A stretch of 64,000 bases of DNA, taken from the NCBI GenBank assembly GCA_963789955.1, contig CAWBMV010000037.1:96001-160000 (forward strand), written 5' to 3'. This DNA is from an uncultured Candidatus Rokubacteria bacterium (lineage in GTDB: Bacteria > Methylomirabilota > Methylomirabilia > Rokubacteriales > CSP1-6). The notes beneath the pieces were generated by a model that was not told where the DNA came from, searched no databases, and worked only from the letters and a program-made list of their open reading frames with translations. Below are positions 8,472-18,527 of the stretch, piece after piece. A program made the position numbers and the translations under genes. The first letter of the stretch is position 1, and the number at the start of each line of letters is the position of its first letter.

Positions 8472-10031
8472 ATGAGGACGGTCGACGAGCTGGCACGGGC
8501 AAGCGAGGAAGCGCTGGCGCTGGTCGCGCGCCAGACGGATGTCCGCGAGGCCGAGGTGTTCGTCGCCGCGAACTCCGCGGTGCTGACCCGGCTCAACTAC
8601 ACGTCCCACATTCCCTGCAACGGCGTCGAGGAGCCCAAATCGACCGAGTCCTACGGCCTGGGCATCCAGGCGGTCTTCGAGACGCCGGAGGGCCCGAGGA
8701 TCGGATTCGGCAGCGAGCCGAGCGACCTTTCGCTCGCGGGGGCCGAGCGCGCGCTGGTCAAGGCGCGCCGGGCGGCGGTCGCCGATCCCGAGTTCGTCTC
8801 GCTCCCCGCGCCGACGGGCGCCTCGCGCACACTCGCCGACTACCACGACCCGCGGCTGATGGCGCTCGACGACGCGGGCCTGGTCGAGGCCGGCTGGAAG
8901 GTCACCGGCGGCGCGCTCCGGACGTTCAGCGCCTCGAGCCGGCTGGCCGATCTCGCCCAGGACGACGAGGGGCTCCGGCAGCTCGGCCTCATCCTCGGCG
9001 GCGACGTGACCATCCTGAGAGAGCGGATGGCGATCGCCTCGACCACGATGCCGCGCGCCCAGACCGACGAGACGTCGCTGATCACCGCGTTCGCGACGGC
9101 CATGGTCGAGACGCGCGGCGCCAAGGGCTCGGGGGCGTCGACGGGAACGCGGCTCGATCACTTCACCGACGAGGCCGGCGTGGAGGCGGCGCAGAACGCG
9201 ATCAACGCGATCGGCGGCGAGCGCGTGCCCTCGGGCGCCTACACGGTCGTCTTCGGTCGCCAGCCCGTGGCCGACTTGCTGAACAACATCGTGATCCCCG
9301 CCTGCCACGCGAGCTCGTTCTACTCCTCGAGCACGCCGTTCCTCGGCAAGCTCGGCCGCGCCGTGGCCTCGACGCGCTTGAGCCTCTACGACGACGGCGC
9401 GCGCCCCGGGTTCATGGGCTCGAAGGGCATCACGTGCGAAGGGCTGCCGACCGGACGGACCGATCTGATCAAGAACGGGATGTTCGTCGGGTGCCTCTCG
9501 AACTGGTACGAGACGCAGCGGCTGCTGCGCGATCCGGCCCTCGCCGAGAAGCTCGGCACCAGCGGGCCCGCCGCGGAAGCGGCGCTCGTGCCGCGCAACG
9601 GCTTTCGGTTCGGCTCCGGCGGCGGCCGCCAGTTCGACAGCGCGCCCGGCGTGGCCGCGTCGAACGTCGTGCTCGAGGGCGGCGAGGCGATCGGCATCGA
9701 CGAGCTGATCCGACGGGTCGGCGACGGTCTCTACATCGGCCGCATCTGGTACACGTACCCGATCAACGGCCTGCGCGCGGGTGATTTCACCTGTACCGTC
9801 GTCGCCGATTCCTATATCATCCGCGACGGACGCATCGCGGCGCCGCTCAAGGCCAACGCGATCCGGATCAACGACAACATCGCCACGTTCCTCAACAACG
9901 TCGTCGGGATCACCAAGGATGTGAAGGGCACGATCGTCTGGGCCGCGGACGAGGTCGTGTACGCGCCCGAGGTGGCCGTCACCGGCGTTCATGTCGACGA
10001 AATCGCGGGATTCATGGAGGACCTCGACTGA
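8472..10031 (+). CDS. TldE/PmbA-family protein (divergent)
   Basis: PmbA-like features (FLGKLG..VAS, EGLPT, SNVVLEGG, GDF); lacks HExxGH. Confidence 0.85.
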   Translation: MRTVDELARASEEALALVARQTDVREAEVFVAANSAVLTRLNYTSHIPCNGVEEPKSTESYGLGIQAVFETPEGPRIGFGSEPSDLSLAGAERALVKARRAAVADPEFVSLPAPTGASRTLADYHDPRLMALDDAGLVEAGWKVTGGALRTFSASSRLADLAQDDEGLRQLGLILGGDVTILRERMAIASTTMPRAQTDETSLITAFATAMVETRGAKGSGASTGTRLDHFTDEAGVEAAQNAINAIGGERVPSGAYTVVFGRQPVADLLNNIVIPACHASSFYSSSTPFLGKLGRAVASTRLSLYDDGARPGFMGSKGITCEGLPTGRTDLIKNGMFVGCLSNWYETQRLLRDPALAEKLGTSGPAAEAALVPRNGFRFGSGGGRQFDSAPGVAASNVVLEGGEAIGIDELIRRVGDGLYIGRIWYTYPINGLRAGDFTCTVVADSYIIRDGRIAAPLKANAIRINDNIATFLNNVVGITKDVKGTIVWAADEVVYAPEVAVTGVHVDEIAGFMEDLD

Positions 10032-10945
10032 TGGGTGAAGTACGTCTCGAGTCGATCGCGCGCGAGTGTCGTGTTCAGATTCTCCGCATGCTCGCTCACG
10101 CGGGCTCCGGGCATCCCGGCGGCTCGCTGTCGGTGATCGACATCCTCACGACCTTGTACTTCGGGCGGCTCCGGTTCGACCCCAAGCGTCCGGACTGGCC
10201 GGATCGCGACCGCGTCGTGCTCTCGAAGGGCCATGCGGTCCCCGCGCTCTACGCCGTGCTCTCGAGAGCCGGCTACTTCCCGGAGAAGCAGCTCATCACC
10301 TTGCGCAAGCTCGGCTCGCCGCTCCAGGGCCATCCCGATCGCACGGCGCTGCCCGGCATCGAGGCGGCCACCGGCTCGCTCGGCGAGGGGCTGTCGATCT
10401 CGCTCGGGATGGCGCTCGGCCTCAAGCTCGCCGGCTCGAAGGCGCGGGTCTACTGCATCCTCGGCGACGGCGAGACCCAGGAGGGTCAGATCTGGGAAGC
10501 CGCGATGTCGGCGCCGAAGCTCGGGCAGCCCGACCACGCGCTCGACAATCTCGTGGTCATCCTCGACTACAACAAGATCCAGCTCGACAACTTCGTGAAG
10601 AAGGTGCTCGACATCGAGCCGGTCACCGCCAAGTGGCAGTCGTTCGGCTGGCCCGTCATCGAGATCGACGGCCACGACCTCGCGCAGATCACGAAGGCGC
10701 TCGACCAGGCGGAAGCGACCCCCGGCGGGCCCACCTTCATCGTGGCGCACACGGTCAAGGGCAAGGGCGTGTCGTTCATGGAGAACGACCCGGAGTGGCA
10801 CGGCAAGGCGCCGAAGCCGGCGGAGGCGATCAAGGCCATTCGCGAGGTCCTCGGCGTCACCGAAGGCGCCTGGGAGGACTACTTGAAGACCGATTCGGCG
10901 ACCCGCGCGATCGTGGACGAGCTCGCCGCCCTGGAGAAGAAGTGA
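10031..10945 (+). CDS. Transketolase N-terminal (TPP-binding) subunit
   Basis: SGHPGGSLS, LSKGHA, LQGHP, GDGETQEG, TVKGKG. Confidence 0.93.
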   Translation: MGEVRLESIARECRVQILRMLAHAGSGHPGGSLSVIDILTTLYFGRLRFDPKRPDWPDRDRVVLSKGHAVPALYAVLSRAGYFPEKQLITLRKLGSPLQGHPDRTALPGIEAATGSLGEGLSISLGMALGLKLAGSKARVYCILGDGETQEGQIWEAAMSAPKLGQPDHALDNLVVILDYNKIQLDNFVKKVLDIEPVTAKWQSFGWPVIEIDGHDLAQITKALDQAEATPGGPTFIVAHTVKGKGVSFMENDPEWHGKAPKPAEAIKAIREVLGVTEGAWEDYLKTDSATRAIVDELAALEKK

Positions 10946-11871
10946 TGCCGGCCAAGGCCAGTCGCGCCGCGTTCGGAGAAGCGCTCCTCGATCTGGGCGC
11001 CAAGGACGAGCGGATCGTCACGCTCGACGCCGACCTGTCGAAATCGACCATGACCGTGAACTTCGCGAAGAAGTATCCGGCTCGGGCGTTCAACCTGGGT
11101 ATCGCGGAGTCGAACATGATCGGCGTGGGCGCCGGGCTGGCGCTCACCGGCCGCATCCCCTTCGCCTGCTCGTTCGCCTGCTTCATCGTGGGCCGCTTCG
11201 AGACGATCCGGATCTCCGTCGCCTACACGAACGCGAATCTGAAGATCGTCGGGACCCATTCGGGCATCGCGATCGGCGAGGACGGCTACAGCCAGATGGG
11301 CATCGAGGACATCGCCTGCATCCGCTCGCTCCCGAACATCGGGATCATCCAGCCCGCGGACGAGCTCGAGACCAAGCAGGCCATCGCCTTCGCCGTCGAG
11401 CACCAGGGGCCGCTCTACCTGAGGCTCACGCGGCAGAACCTCGAGCCCGTGTGTCCGCCCGACTATCGCTTCCAGTACGGCCGCTGGCTCGTGCTCCGCA
11501 AAGGTCACGACGTGACGTTGATCGGCACGGGCGGGCCCCTGTTCAACTGTCTCGAGGCGGCCAAGAGCCTGCAGGCCGACGGCATCTCGGCCGAGGTCAT
11601 CAACGCCGCGTGCATCAAGCCGCTGGACGAAGAGCTGCTGATCCAGTCGGCGGGCAAGACCGGCCACGTCGTGACCGTGGAAGACCACACGGTCGCCGGC
11701 GGGCTCGGCGGGGCGGTCGCCGAGCTGCTCGGCGACGTGCTGCCGACGCCGATGAAGCGGCTGGGCGTTCACGGATTCGGCGAATCGGGCGATCTGAAGG
11801 GCCTCTACGCCAAGCACGGCCTCGATCCGGCCGGGATCGCCGCGAGCGTGAAGAAGTTCCTCAACCGCTGA
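10945..11871 (+). CDS. Transketolase C-terminal subunit
   Basis: DADLSKST, GIAESNM, GEDGYSQ, VTVEDH; TGATG overlap with the N subunit. Confidence 0.93.
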   Translation: MPAKASRAAFGEALLDLGAKDERIVTLDADLSKSTMTVNFAKKYPARAFNLGIAESNMIGVGAGLALTGRIPFACSFACFIVGRFETIRISVAYTNANLKIVGTHSGIAIGEDGYSQMGIEDIACIRSLPNIGIIQPADELETKQAIAFAVEHQGPLYLRLTRQNLEPVCPPDYRFQYGRWLVLRKGHDVTLIGTGGPLFNCLEAAKSLQADGISAEVINAACIKPLDEELLIQSAGKTGHVVTVEDHTVAGGLGGAVAELLGDVLPTPMKRLGVHGFGESGDLKGLYAKHGLDPAGIAASVKKFLNR

Positions 11872-11899
11872 GGCACGGCGCGCCGCGTCGGGGCTCGGG

Positions 11900-12495
11900 T
11901 CGTGGAGCGACAGCGCTCCCGACCCTACCGGACTATCTCCGGCCGGGACTCGACCTCGTCTTCGTCGGGATCAATCCCGGACTCTACTCGGCTCGTCAGG
12001 GCCACTACTTCGCGCGCTCGACGAATCGCTTCTGGCCGGCATTCACGTCATCGAGGCTGAGCGAGCGCGTATCCGCGACGGGCCTCGGTACCGACGTCCT
12101 CAGACCCGAGCACGACGCGAGCGCTGCTGGCCTTCGGCATCGGCTTCACCGACGTCGTCAAGCGCGACGTCGAGCAACGCGGCGGAGCTCGAGCGCGAGC
12201 GACTTCGAGAAGTGGGCGCCGCGTCTTCTGAGCAAGCTCAGGCGCTTGGCGCCGCGCGTGGCCTGCTTCCACGGCCTCACCGCCTACCGACCGTTCCTCG
12301 CGCGTGGCACTCGGCGATCGACGACCGAGCGCCGGCGCTCGGTCCTCAGCCAGAGGTCGTCGGGACGACGCGGCTCTTCGTGGTGCCGAACCCGAGCCCG
12401 GCCAACGCCCACTTCACGCTTGGCCGACCAGGCCGCCTGGTATGACCGCCTGGCCGAATTCCTCGACGCGCGGGAGAAGCCAGCCGGCCGGCTAG
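11900..12495 (+). CDS. mug: Mismatch-specific uracil/thymine-DNA glycosylase (MUG/TDG family), frameshifted; start uncertain
   Basis: [37 protein letters not shown] spread across frames. Confidence 0.8.
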
Positions 12496-13886
12496 GGCCG
12501 GACCATGTCGGCCGCGCCGCACCCAGCGGTCGTACTGCTCGGCGGTCACGTAGCCGGAGGCGACCGCCGCATCACGGAGCGTGAGCCCTCCGGCGTGCGC
12601 CTTCTTGGCGATCTCCGCCGCGCGGTCGTAGCCGATATGCGGGGCGAGCGCGGTCACGAGCATGAGCGACCGGTCGACGAGCTCCGCGATCCTGGTCCGG
12701 TTCGCCTCGATCCCCTCCACACAGAACTCGCGGAAGCGCGCGCAGGCGTCGGTCAGCAAATCCACCGAGTGCAGGAAGTTGAAGATGATGACCGGCTTGA
12801 AGACGTTCAGCTCGAAGTTGCCCTGCGAGCCGGCGACGGCGATCGCCGTGTCGTTGCCCATCACCTGGACGGCAACCATCGTCACTGCCTCGGCCTGAGT
12901 CGGGTTGACCTTGCCCGGCATGATCGACGAGCCGGGCTCGTTCTCGGGCAGCGAGAGCTCGCCGAGCCCGCTGCGCGGCCCGGAGCCGAGCCAGCGGAGG
13001 TCGTTCGCGATCTTCATGAGCGCGCCGGCCGAGCGTGCGAAGGGCACCGCTCGCCATGACCAGATCGTCGTGGGCGGCGAGCGCGGCGAACTTGTTGGCG
13101 GCCGAGGTGAACGGCAAGCCCGTCAGCTCGGCGAGCTTCGCCGCGACGGCTTCGCCGAACCCGGCCGGCGCGTTGAGGCCGGTGCCGACCGCGGTGCCGC
13201 CGATCGCCAGCGCCAGGAGCCCGGGCAGGATCGCGTCGATCCGCGCGAGGCCGGCGTCGAGCTGGGCGACGTAGCCCGAGAACTCCTGACCGAGCGTGAG
13301 CGGCACCGCGTCTTGCAGATGCGTGCGGCCGATCTTCACGACGTCGTCGAACTCGCGCGCCTTGGCCGCGAGCGCGTCGCGCAGCGCGCGGACGCTCGGC
13401 ACGAGCCGGCGTGTCAGGTCGAGCGCGGCCGCGACGTGCATGGCCGTGGGGAACGTGTCGTTGGACGACTGCGACATGTTCACGTGGTCGTTCGGATGGA
13501 TCGGATCCTTGCTGCCGAGCCGGCCGCCCGCGAGCTCGATCGCCCGATTCGCGATCACCTCGTTCACGTTCATGTTGGTCTGGGTGCCGGAGCCGGTTTG
13601 CCAGACGGACAGCGGGAAGTGGTCGTCGAGCGTGGCCGGCGATCACCTCGTCCGCGGCGCGCACGATCAGCTCGGCGCGGCGGCTGTCGAGAAGACCGAG
13701 CTTCTGGTTGACCAGTGCGGCGGCCTTCTTCAGGAGACCGAGGGCGCGAACGACCGCGATCGGCATCCGGTCGTGGCCGATCGCGAAGTGGTGCAGCGAG
13801 CGCTCGGTCTGAGCGCCCCAGTAGCGGTCGGCGCGGACGTCGATCCGCCCCATGCTGTCGCTCTCGACGCGGGTCTGCGAAGTCAT
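12492..13886 (-). CDS. fumC: Class II fumarate hydratase (frameshifted into several pieces)
   Basis: [45 protein letters not shown]. Confidence 0.92.
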
Positions 13887-13901
13887 GCCTGACCTACCGG
13901 A

Positions 13902-14669
13902 TCAAATCAGCCGATACCCGTAGACGAGGCCGAAGGCGATCGAGCCGAGGCCGGCGCAGAGGGCGAGCGCCTGTCGGGCGCGCCGGTAGCGGAGCGCCAT
14001 GGACACGGGATACGCCATGACCGCGGTCAGCACCGTCATGCCGATGATCGTGCCGATCCCGAAGATCAACAGATAGATGACGGCGCTCGCGGTCGAGCGC
14101 AGGGTCGCCAGCACCAGGAGCGAGACCGCCGCGCTGCCGGCCAGACCGTGGACGGCACCGACGACGAGCGCGCGCCCCGCCGGCCAGCCACTGCGCCAGC
14201 CGAGCTTGGCGAGCCAGCGTGAGGGATGAACGTGCGGGTGCTCATGCGTGTGCTCGGCGTCGTGAGCGTGCGGGTGGCTGTGCACCACGCCCACGCCCGC
14301 GCCCCCGCCGTGGTCGTGGTCGGCGACGAGATGCCCGGCGGGCACGGTCTCGAGCCCTCGCACGGCGTCGCGCAGGCGCAGCACGCCCAGCACGATCAGC
14401 ATGGCCGCCACCGCCAGCTCGAGGCTCCCCCCGACCGCCGGCGTGATCGTGAGCTTCAGCCCGATGATGATGGCGCCCACGATCGTCAAGGTCGTCATGT
14501 GGCCGGCGCCCCAGAGCACGCCGATCAGCGCGCCGTCGGCGAAGCGACGCTCGCGCGTGAGGATCGTCGCCACCGCGACCAGGTGGTCCGGATCGGTCGC
14601 GTGCTGCAGACCCAGGAGAAACCCGAGGAGGATCGCCGAGATCGGCGCGGGATCCACGAGCGCGGTCAC
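13902..14669 (-). CDS. High-affinity Ni/Co transporter (NiCoT/UreH-like) with His-rich loop
   Basis: LGLQHATDPDHL, WGAGH, GAVHGLAGS, HSHPHAHDAEHTHEHPH. Confidence 0.85.
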   Translation of the reverse strand: MTALVDPAPISAILLGFLLGLQHATDPDHLVAVATILTRERRFADGALIGVLWGAGHMTTLTIVGAIIIGLKLTITPAVGGSLELAVAAMLIVLGVLRLRDAVRGLETVPAGHLVADHDHGGGAGVGVVHSHPHAHDAEHTHEHPHVHPSRWLAKLGWRSGWPAGRALVVGAVHGLAGSAAVSLLVLATLRSTASAVIYLLIFGIGTIIGMTVLTAVMAYPVSMALRYRRARQALALCAGLGSIAFGLVYGYRLI

Positions 14670-15460
14670 TCCGACATCTTCAAGAGGAGCCCGGTGCGCC
14701 GCGCCCGCTGGATCGCGGCGAGGAACGCCCAGTGGGCGAGCGCGGCATAGACGACCGACAGGACCAGCCCGGTCGCGATCGGCGTCTGGAACTCGGACGC
14801 GAATCCGTAGTGCGACCGGTAGGCGTCGAGGAAATACGTGAGCGGGATCGCGCGGGCGATCATCGCGATCGAGTCGGGCAGCACCGAGATCGGATAGTAG
14901 ATCCCCGCGAGCACGAGCACCATGTTGACGCTCGCCCACGCGAACGCCTCGGCCCGGTTGCCGAAGAGCGTGATCAACGCGCACACGGCGACGCCGACCA
15001 CCCAGGCGGTGAGAAAGCAGCCCAGCAGGAACGTGCCGAGCGCGAGCCAGCCGGGCTGGAGCACGTGGAAGCCGAACGCCCACCGGCCGAGCGCCGCCAG
15101 CAGGACGAACACGGCCAGGCTGCGCACCATGCCGACGATCCAGGATCCGAGCGTCAGGTGGCGAATGCCGATCGGCGCCAGGAACTGGTGCTTGAGCGAC
15201 TTCGACCAGACGTCGAGCAGGACCGCATAGGCGACCTCGAGCTGGCAGACGTTGACGATCGACAGCGCGATCGTGCCGACCAGCACGAACGACGCCTGCG
15301 CGTCCGTCAGCTCGAGGAACCGCGACATCAGGCCGATCGAGAGCACGCCCACGATCGGCCAGAAGAGCAGCTCGAAGAAGAAGAACACGTTGCGGGCGCC
15401 CATCAGGGCGTTCCGGAGCGTCACCGCCCAGACGGCGAGCAGCTCATTTCGCCAGCTCAA
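14666..15460 (-). CDS. ABC-2 type transporter permease
   Basis: Multi-TM protein with AGIYYPISVLP...IPLTY; follows the ATPase. Confidence 0.82.
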   Translation of the reverse strand: MSWRNELLAVWAVTLRNALMGARNVFFFFELLFWPIVGVLSIGLMSRFLELTDAQASFVLVGTIALSIVNVCQLEVAYAVLLDVWSKSLKHQFLAPIGIRHLTLGSWIVGMVRSLAVFVLLAALGRWAFGFHVLQPGWLALGTFLLGCFLTAWVVGVAVCALITLFGNRAEAFAWASVNMVLVLAGIYYPISVLPDSIAMIARAIPLTYFLDAYRSHYGFASEFQTPIATGLVLSVVYAALAHWAFLAAIQRARRTGLLLKMSE

Positions 15461-16381
15461 CGAAGACCTCCTCGAGCTCCGGCTCGCGGACCTGCACGTT
15501 CCTGATGACGACGCCCTCGGTGTGGAGCGCGCGCAGCAACTCCGGCAGCCGCTTCTCGGCCTCGTCCACGGTGCACTCGACCCAGCCGTCGACCTCGACG
15601 CACCGGAGAACACCCGGAGCTCTCGGCCAGCCACGGCACGCGCGGCGGATCGAGCTTGAGCGCGATGACCTCGCCGAGGCGGATCTGGCGCTTCAGCTCG
15701 CCCGAGGTGCCGCGCGCCAGGATGCGCCCGGCCTTGATGAAGGCGATCTCGTCGCAGAGCTCGTCGGCCTCGCGCATGTAGTGCGTCGTCAGCACGATCG
15801 TGATCCCCTGCTCGCGGCGGAGCCGCGCGATGTGGGCGCGCACGCGCACGGCGACGTCGGGATCGAGACCGAGCGTGGGCTCGTCGAGGAAGAGGAGCTC
15901 CGGCTCGTTGACCAGCGCCTTGGCGAGCGCGACGCGCTGCTTGAGCCCGGTCGACAGGTCCGAATACGGGACGCGGCGATACGGCGTCGAGCTCACACAG
16001 CTCGATCAGCGAGTCGACACGCTGGCGCAGGCGGCGACCGCTCAGGCCGTACAGGCGGCCGTAGAACGCGACGATCTCGCCGACCCGCAGGCTCCACAGG
16101 AACGACGGCCGCCCGCTCACCATGTTGAGCCGCCGGCGCAAGGCACCCGCCTCGCGAACGACGTCGTGCCCGAGGATCGTCACGCGGCCGCGATCGGGCG
16201 TCAGCAAGGTGGCGAGAATCGACAGCAAGGTGGTCTTGCCCGCGCCGTTGGGACCGAGGACGCCGACGATCGCGCCGCGCGCCACCGTCAGCGAAACTCC
16301 GCGCAACGCCTCGGTCGCGCGGCGGCGCGGCCATCCGGAGCGGAACGTCTTCTCTACGTCTTGCGCGTCGATCGCGAGCAT
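15444..16381 (-). CDS. ABC transporter ATP-binding protein (frameshifted)
   Basis: GPNGAGKT, LSTGLKQR, LFLDEPT, TTHY split over frames. Confidence 0.88.
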
Positions 16382-16552
16382 ACTCAGTGATGATACCATC
16401 CACGTCATGGCCGGCTCCGACGAGTGGCGCTGCGCCGCCGCGACGGTGACGCCCGGCCACAGCGCAACGTTCCGTCGAGCGCGCCGGCGCGCTCAACGCA
16501 TTCGTCGTGAATCACGACGGTCAGTACGCGCGTACGTGAACCGCGTCCGGCG

Positions 16553-16969
16553 ATGAGCGATCTCACGGCCGTCGAGCAGGCGAACGCCGGCTTCTATCAG
16601 GCGTTCGAGACGCTCGATATCGCGCGGATGGAGCTCGTCTGGTCGCACGGCGAGCACGTGCAGTGCGTCCACCCGGGCTGGCCCCTCCTGGTCGGCTGGG
16701 AGGCCGTGCGCACGTCGTGGGCGACGATCTTCGAGAACACGGCGGAGATGCGGTTCAGCCTCTCCGATGTCCGCGCGAGCGCGACCGGCGACCTGGCCTG
16801 GGTCACCTGCACGGAGAACATCTTCTCCGAGGTCCACGGGCGCCTCGCGGTCACCTCGGTCCTCGCCACCAATCTGTTCGAGCGCACGGCCGACGGCTGG
16901 CGGCTGATCCACCACCACGCCTCGCACGTCTTCTCGGCAGCCCCCGAGAGCGACTCGACCAACAACTAG
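16553..16969 (+). CDS. SnoaL/NTF2-like protein
   Basis: ANAGFYQAFE, CVHPGW, ATNLFE...WRLIHHHAS. Confidence 0.85.
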   Translation: MSDLTAVEQANAGFYQAFETLDIARMELVWSHGEHVQCVHPGWPLLVGWEAVRTSWATIFENTAEMRFSLSDVRASATGDLAWVTCTENIFSEVHGRLAVTSVLATNLFERTADGWRLIHHHASHVFSAAPESDSTNN

Positions 16970-17015
16970 GCCGCGGCCACGGCCGGACGACTCCCCGGCG
17001 TCGCCCGGCACGACG

Positions 17016-18527
17016 CTACCTCGTCTCGCGCTGGAGGAGAATCCAGCCGCCGGCGCGGCCGATCTCGCGATAGCCGGACGCCGGCTGCGCGCGAAGGACC
17101 GGCTCGACGTCCAGGACGTACTCGCTGATCCCCAGACCGGTCGGATAGATGAAGATCTGGCGGCGCGTCGCCAGATGCGGAGCGAGGCGCTCGTTCGCGC
17201 TCACCGCCGCCTCACCGGGAATCTGCCGCATCAGCGAGTAGGCCGCGCGCTGTTCGGCGTCGAGCCGCCAGCGCGTGACCATGAGGTCGTTCGCCGTTCG
17301 CGCCGTGAGCAGCACGCTCGCGAAGAGACCCAGCGCGAGCAGCGCCGGCGCCCGCCGCCAGTCGCGGATCCGCGCGTATCCGTCGATCGCGGCGAGCATC
17401 AGGAACGGCAGGACGAACGACTGGTACTGGGACCGGAAGTTGATGAGCACGGGGTCGATGCTCAGGAGATTCATCGCCAGTCCCGGCACCACCGCCAGCA
17501 GCACGCGCGGCGCGAACAGCGGCAGGAAGCCGAGTGACACCAGCATCACCAGGAGATAGACGAGCTTGCCGCCGGTCGCGGCGACGACGATCCACCGCCA
17601 CGGACGCACCACGATGTTGAGCAGCACCTCCCCGAGCGAAGAACCCAGATAGGCGTAGCGGTGCAGGTGCGGGTACGGCTCGCCCCGGAAGAGCGGCAAC
17701 ACATACTTGAGATCGAACGCCAGCAGCAGCACGCTCGCGACGGCGATCACCGCGCCGAGCCGCCAGCGGCCGCGCGCGACCGCGAGCCAGATCCCGAAGC
17801 CGACCACCACGATCGCGGCGTCCTCGCGGCAGGCCAGGGTCAGCGCGAGCGCGACCGCGCACCACGCGTAACGGCCGGCATCGAACGCGAGCGCCGCGGC
17901 GATGATCAAGGTGATCGCGAACGCCTGGGGATGGATGTCGCGGATGTTGATCCCGTGGAGCGACGGATTGACCAGGAAGAGCAGCGCGAGGCCGCCGGCG
18001 GCCGGCACCGCGCCGAGCCGGCGCACCGCGTATCCGAACACCGCCAGGCCGCCCGCCGCCAGCACGAGCGTCTGCACGACGAGCAATCCGATCGCCCCCG
18101 GCGCGACGCGGCCGAGCGGCACCATGAGATAGAGCACGGGCGAGAGGTGATCGCCCCAGGCGTTCATCGGCGGGAACGTCACGTACGCGCCGCGGCCGGT
18201 GGCGATACTCCAGACGACCTGCACGTAGTAGCCGAGATCGAGGGCGTGGGTCCTCAGCGCCAGGTGCCGGGTGACGACGATGAACCCCATCACGAGGGCG
18301 TAAACGACGGCGCCCAGGATCGCCATCGACGCGGGCGACACCGCGGGCAACCGGAGCGGCGCCGCCAGCGCGCGGAGCGCCACGACCACGGCGAGGGCGA
18401 TGACGAACTCGTCGGCGCGGGTGAACGAGTGACCGGCGACGGTCAACGCGCCCCGCGCGATCACCACCACCAGGAGCAGAGCGACACACGCCGCGACCGC
18501 CTCGAGGAGGCGGGCCGCGCGCGTCAC
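17016..18527 (-). CDS. DUF2079-like polytopic membrane protein (putative GT-C glycosyltransferase)
   Basis: DLGYYVQ, GDHLSP, DIHP, CRED, SQY motifs; many TM segments. Confidence 0.75.
   Translation of the reverse strand: MTRAARLLEAVAACVALLLVVVIARGALTVAGHSFTRADEFVIALAVVVALRALAAPLRLPAVSPASMAILGAVVYALVMGFIVVTRHLALRTHALDLGYYVQVVWSIATGRGAYVTFPPMNAWGDHLSPVLYLMVPLGRVAPGAIGLLVVQTLVLAAGGLAVFGYAVRRLGAVPAAGGLALLFLVNPSLHGINIRDIHPQAFAITLIIAAALAFDAGRYAWCAVALALTLACREDAAIVVVGFGIWLAVARGRWRLGAVIAVASVLLLAFDLKYVLPLFRGEPYPHLHRYAYLGSSLGEVLLNIVVRPWRWIVVAATGGKLVYLLVMLVSLGFLPLFAPRVLLAVVPGLAMNLLSIDPVLINFRSQYQSFVLPFLMLAAIDGYARIRDWRRAPALLALGLFASVLLTARTANDLMVTRWRLDAEQRAAYSLMRQIPGEAAVSANERLAPHLATRRQIFIYPTGLGISEYVLDVEPVLRAQPASGYREIGRAGGWILLQRETR

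Noticed and set aside
6215..8596. Long antisense or alternate-frame ORFs (e.g. 6215-8596 -, 39681-41705 +, 44219-46438 +, 55363-57255 +)
   Set aside because: Shadow ORFs typical of about 70% GC DNA; no recognisable motifs, and they overlap well-supported genes
12492..13886. Programmed frameshifting or pseudogene status for fumC and similar genes
   Set aside because: Multiple scattered indels without slippery sites are better explained by sequencing error
14200..14330. Low-complexity GTG/CAC-rich repeat
   Set aside because: Explained by the His-rich loop of the Ni/Co transporter
16975..17012. GC hairpin between convergent genes as an ncRNA
   Set aside because: Short and imperfect with no U-tract; at most a weak terminator
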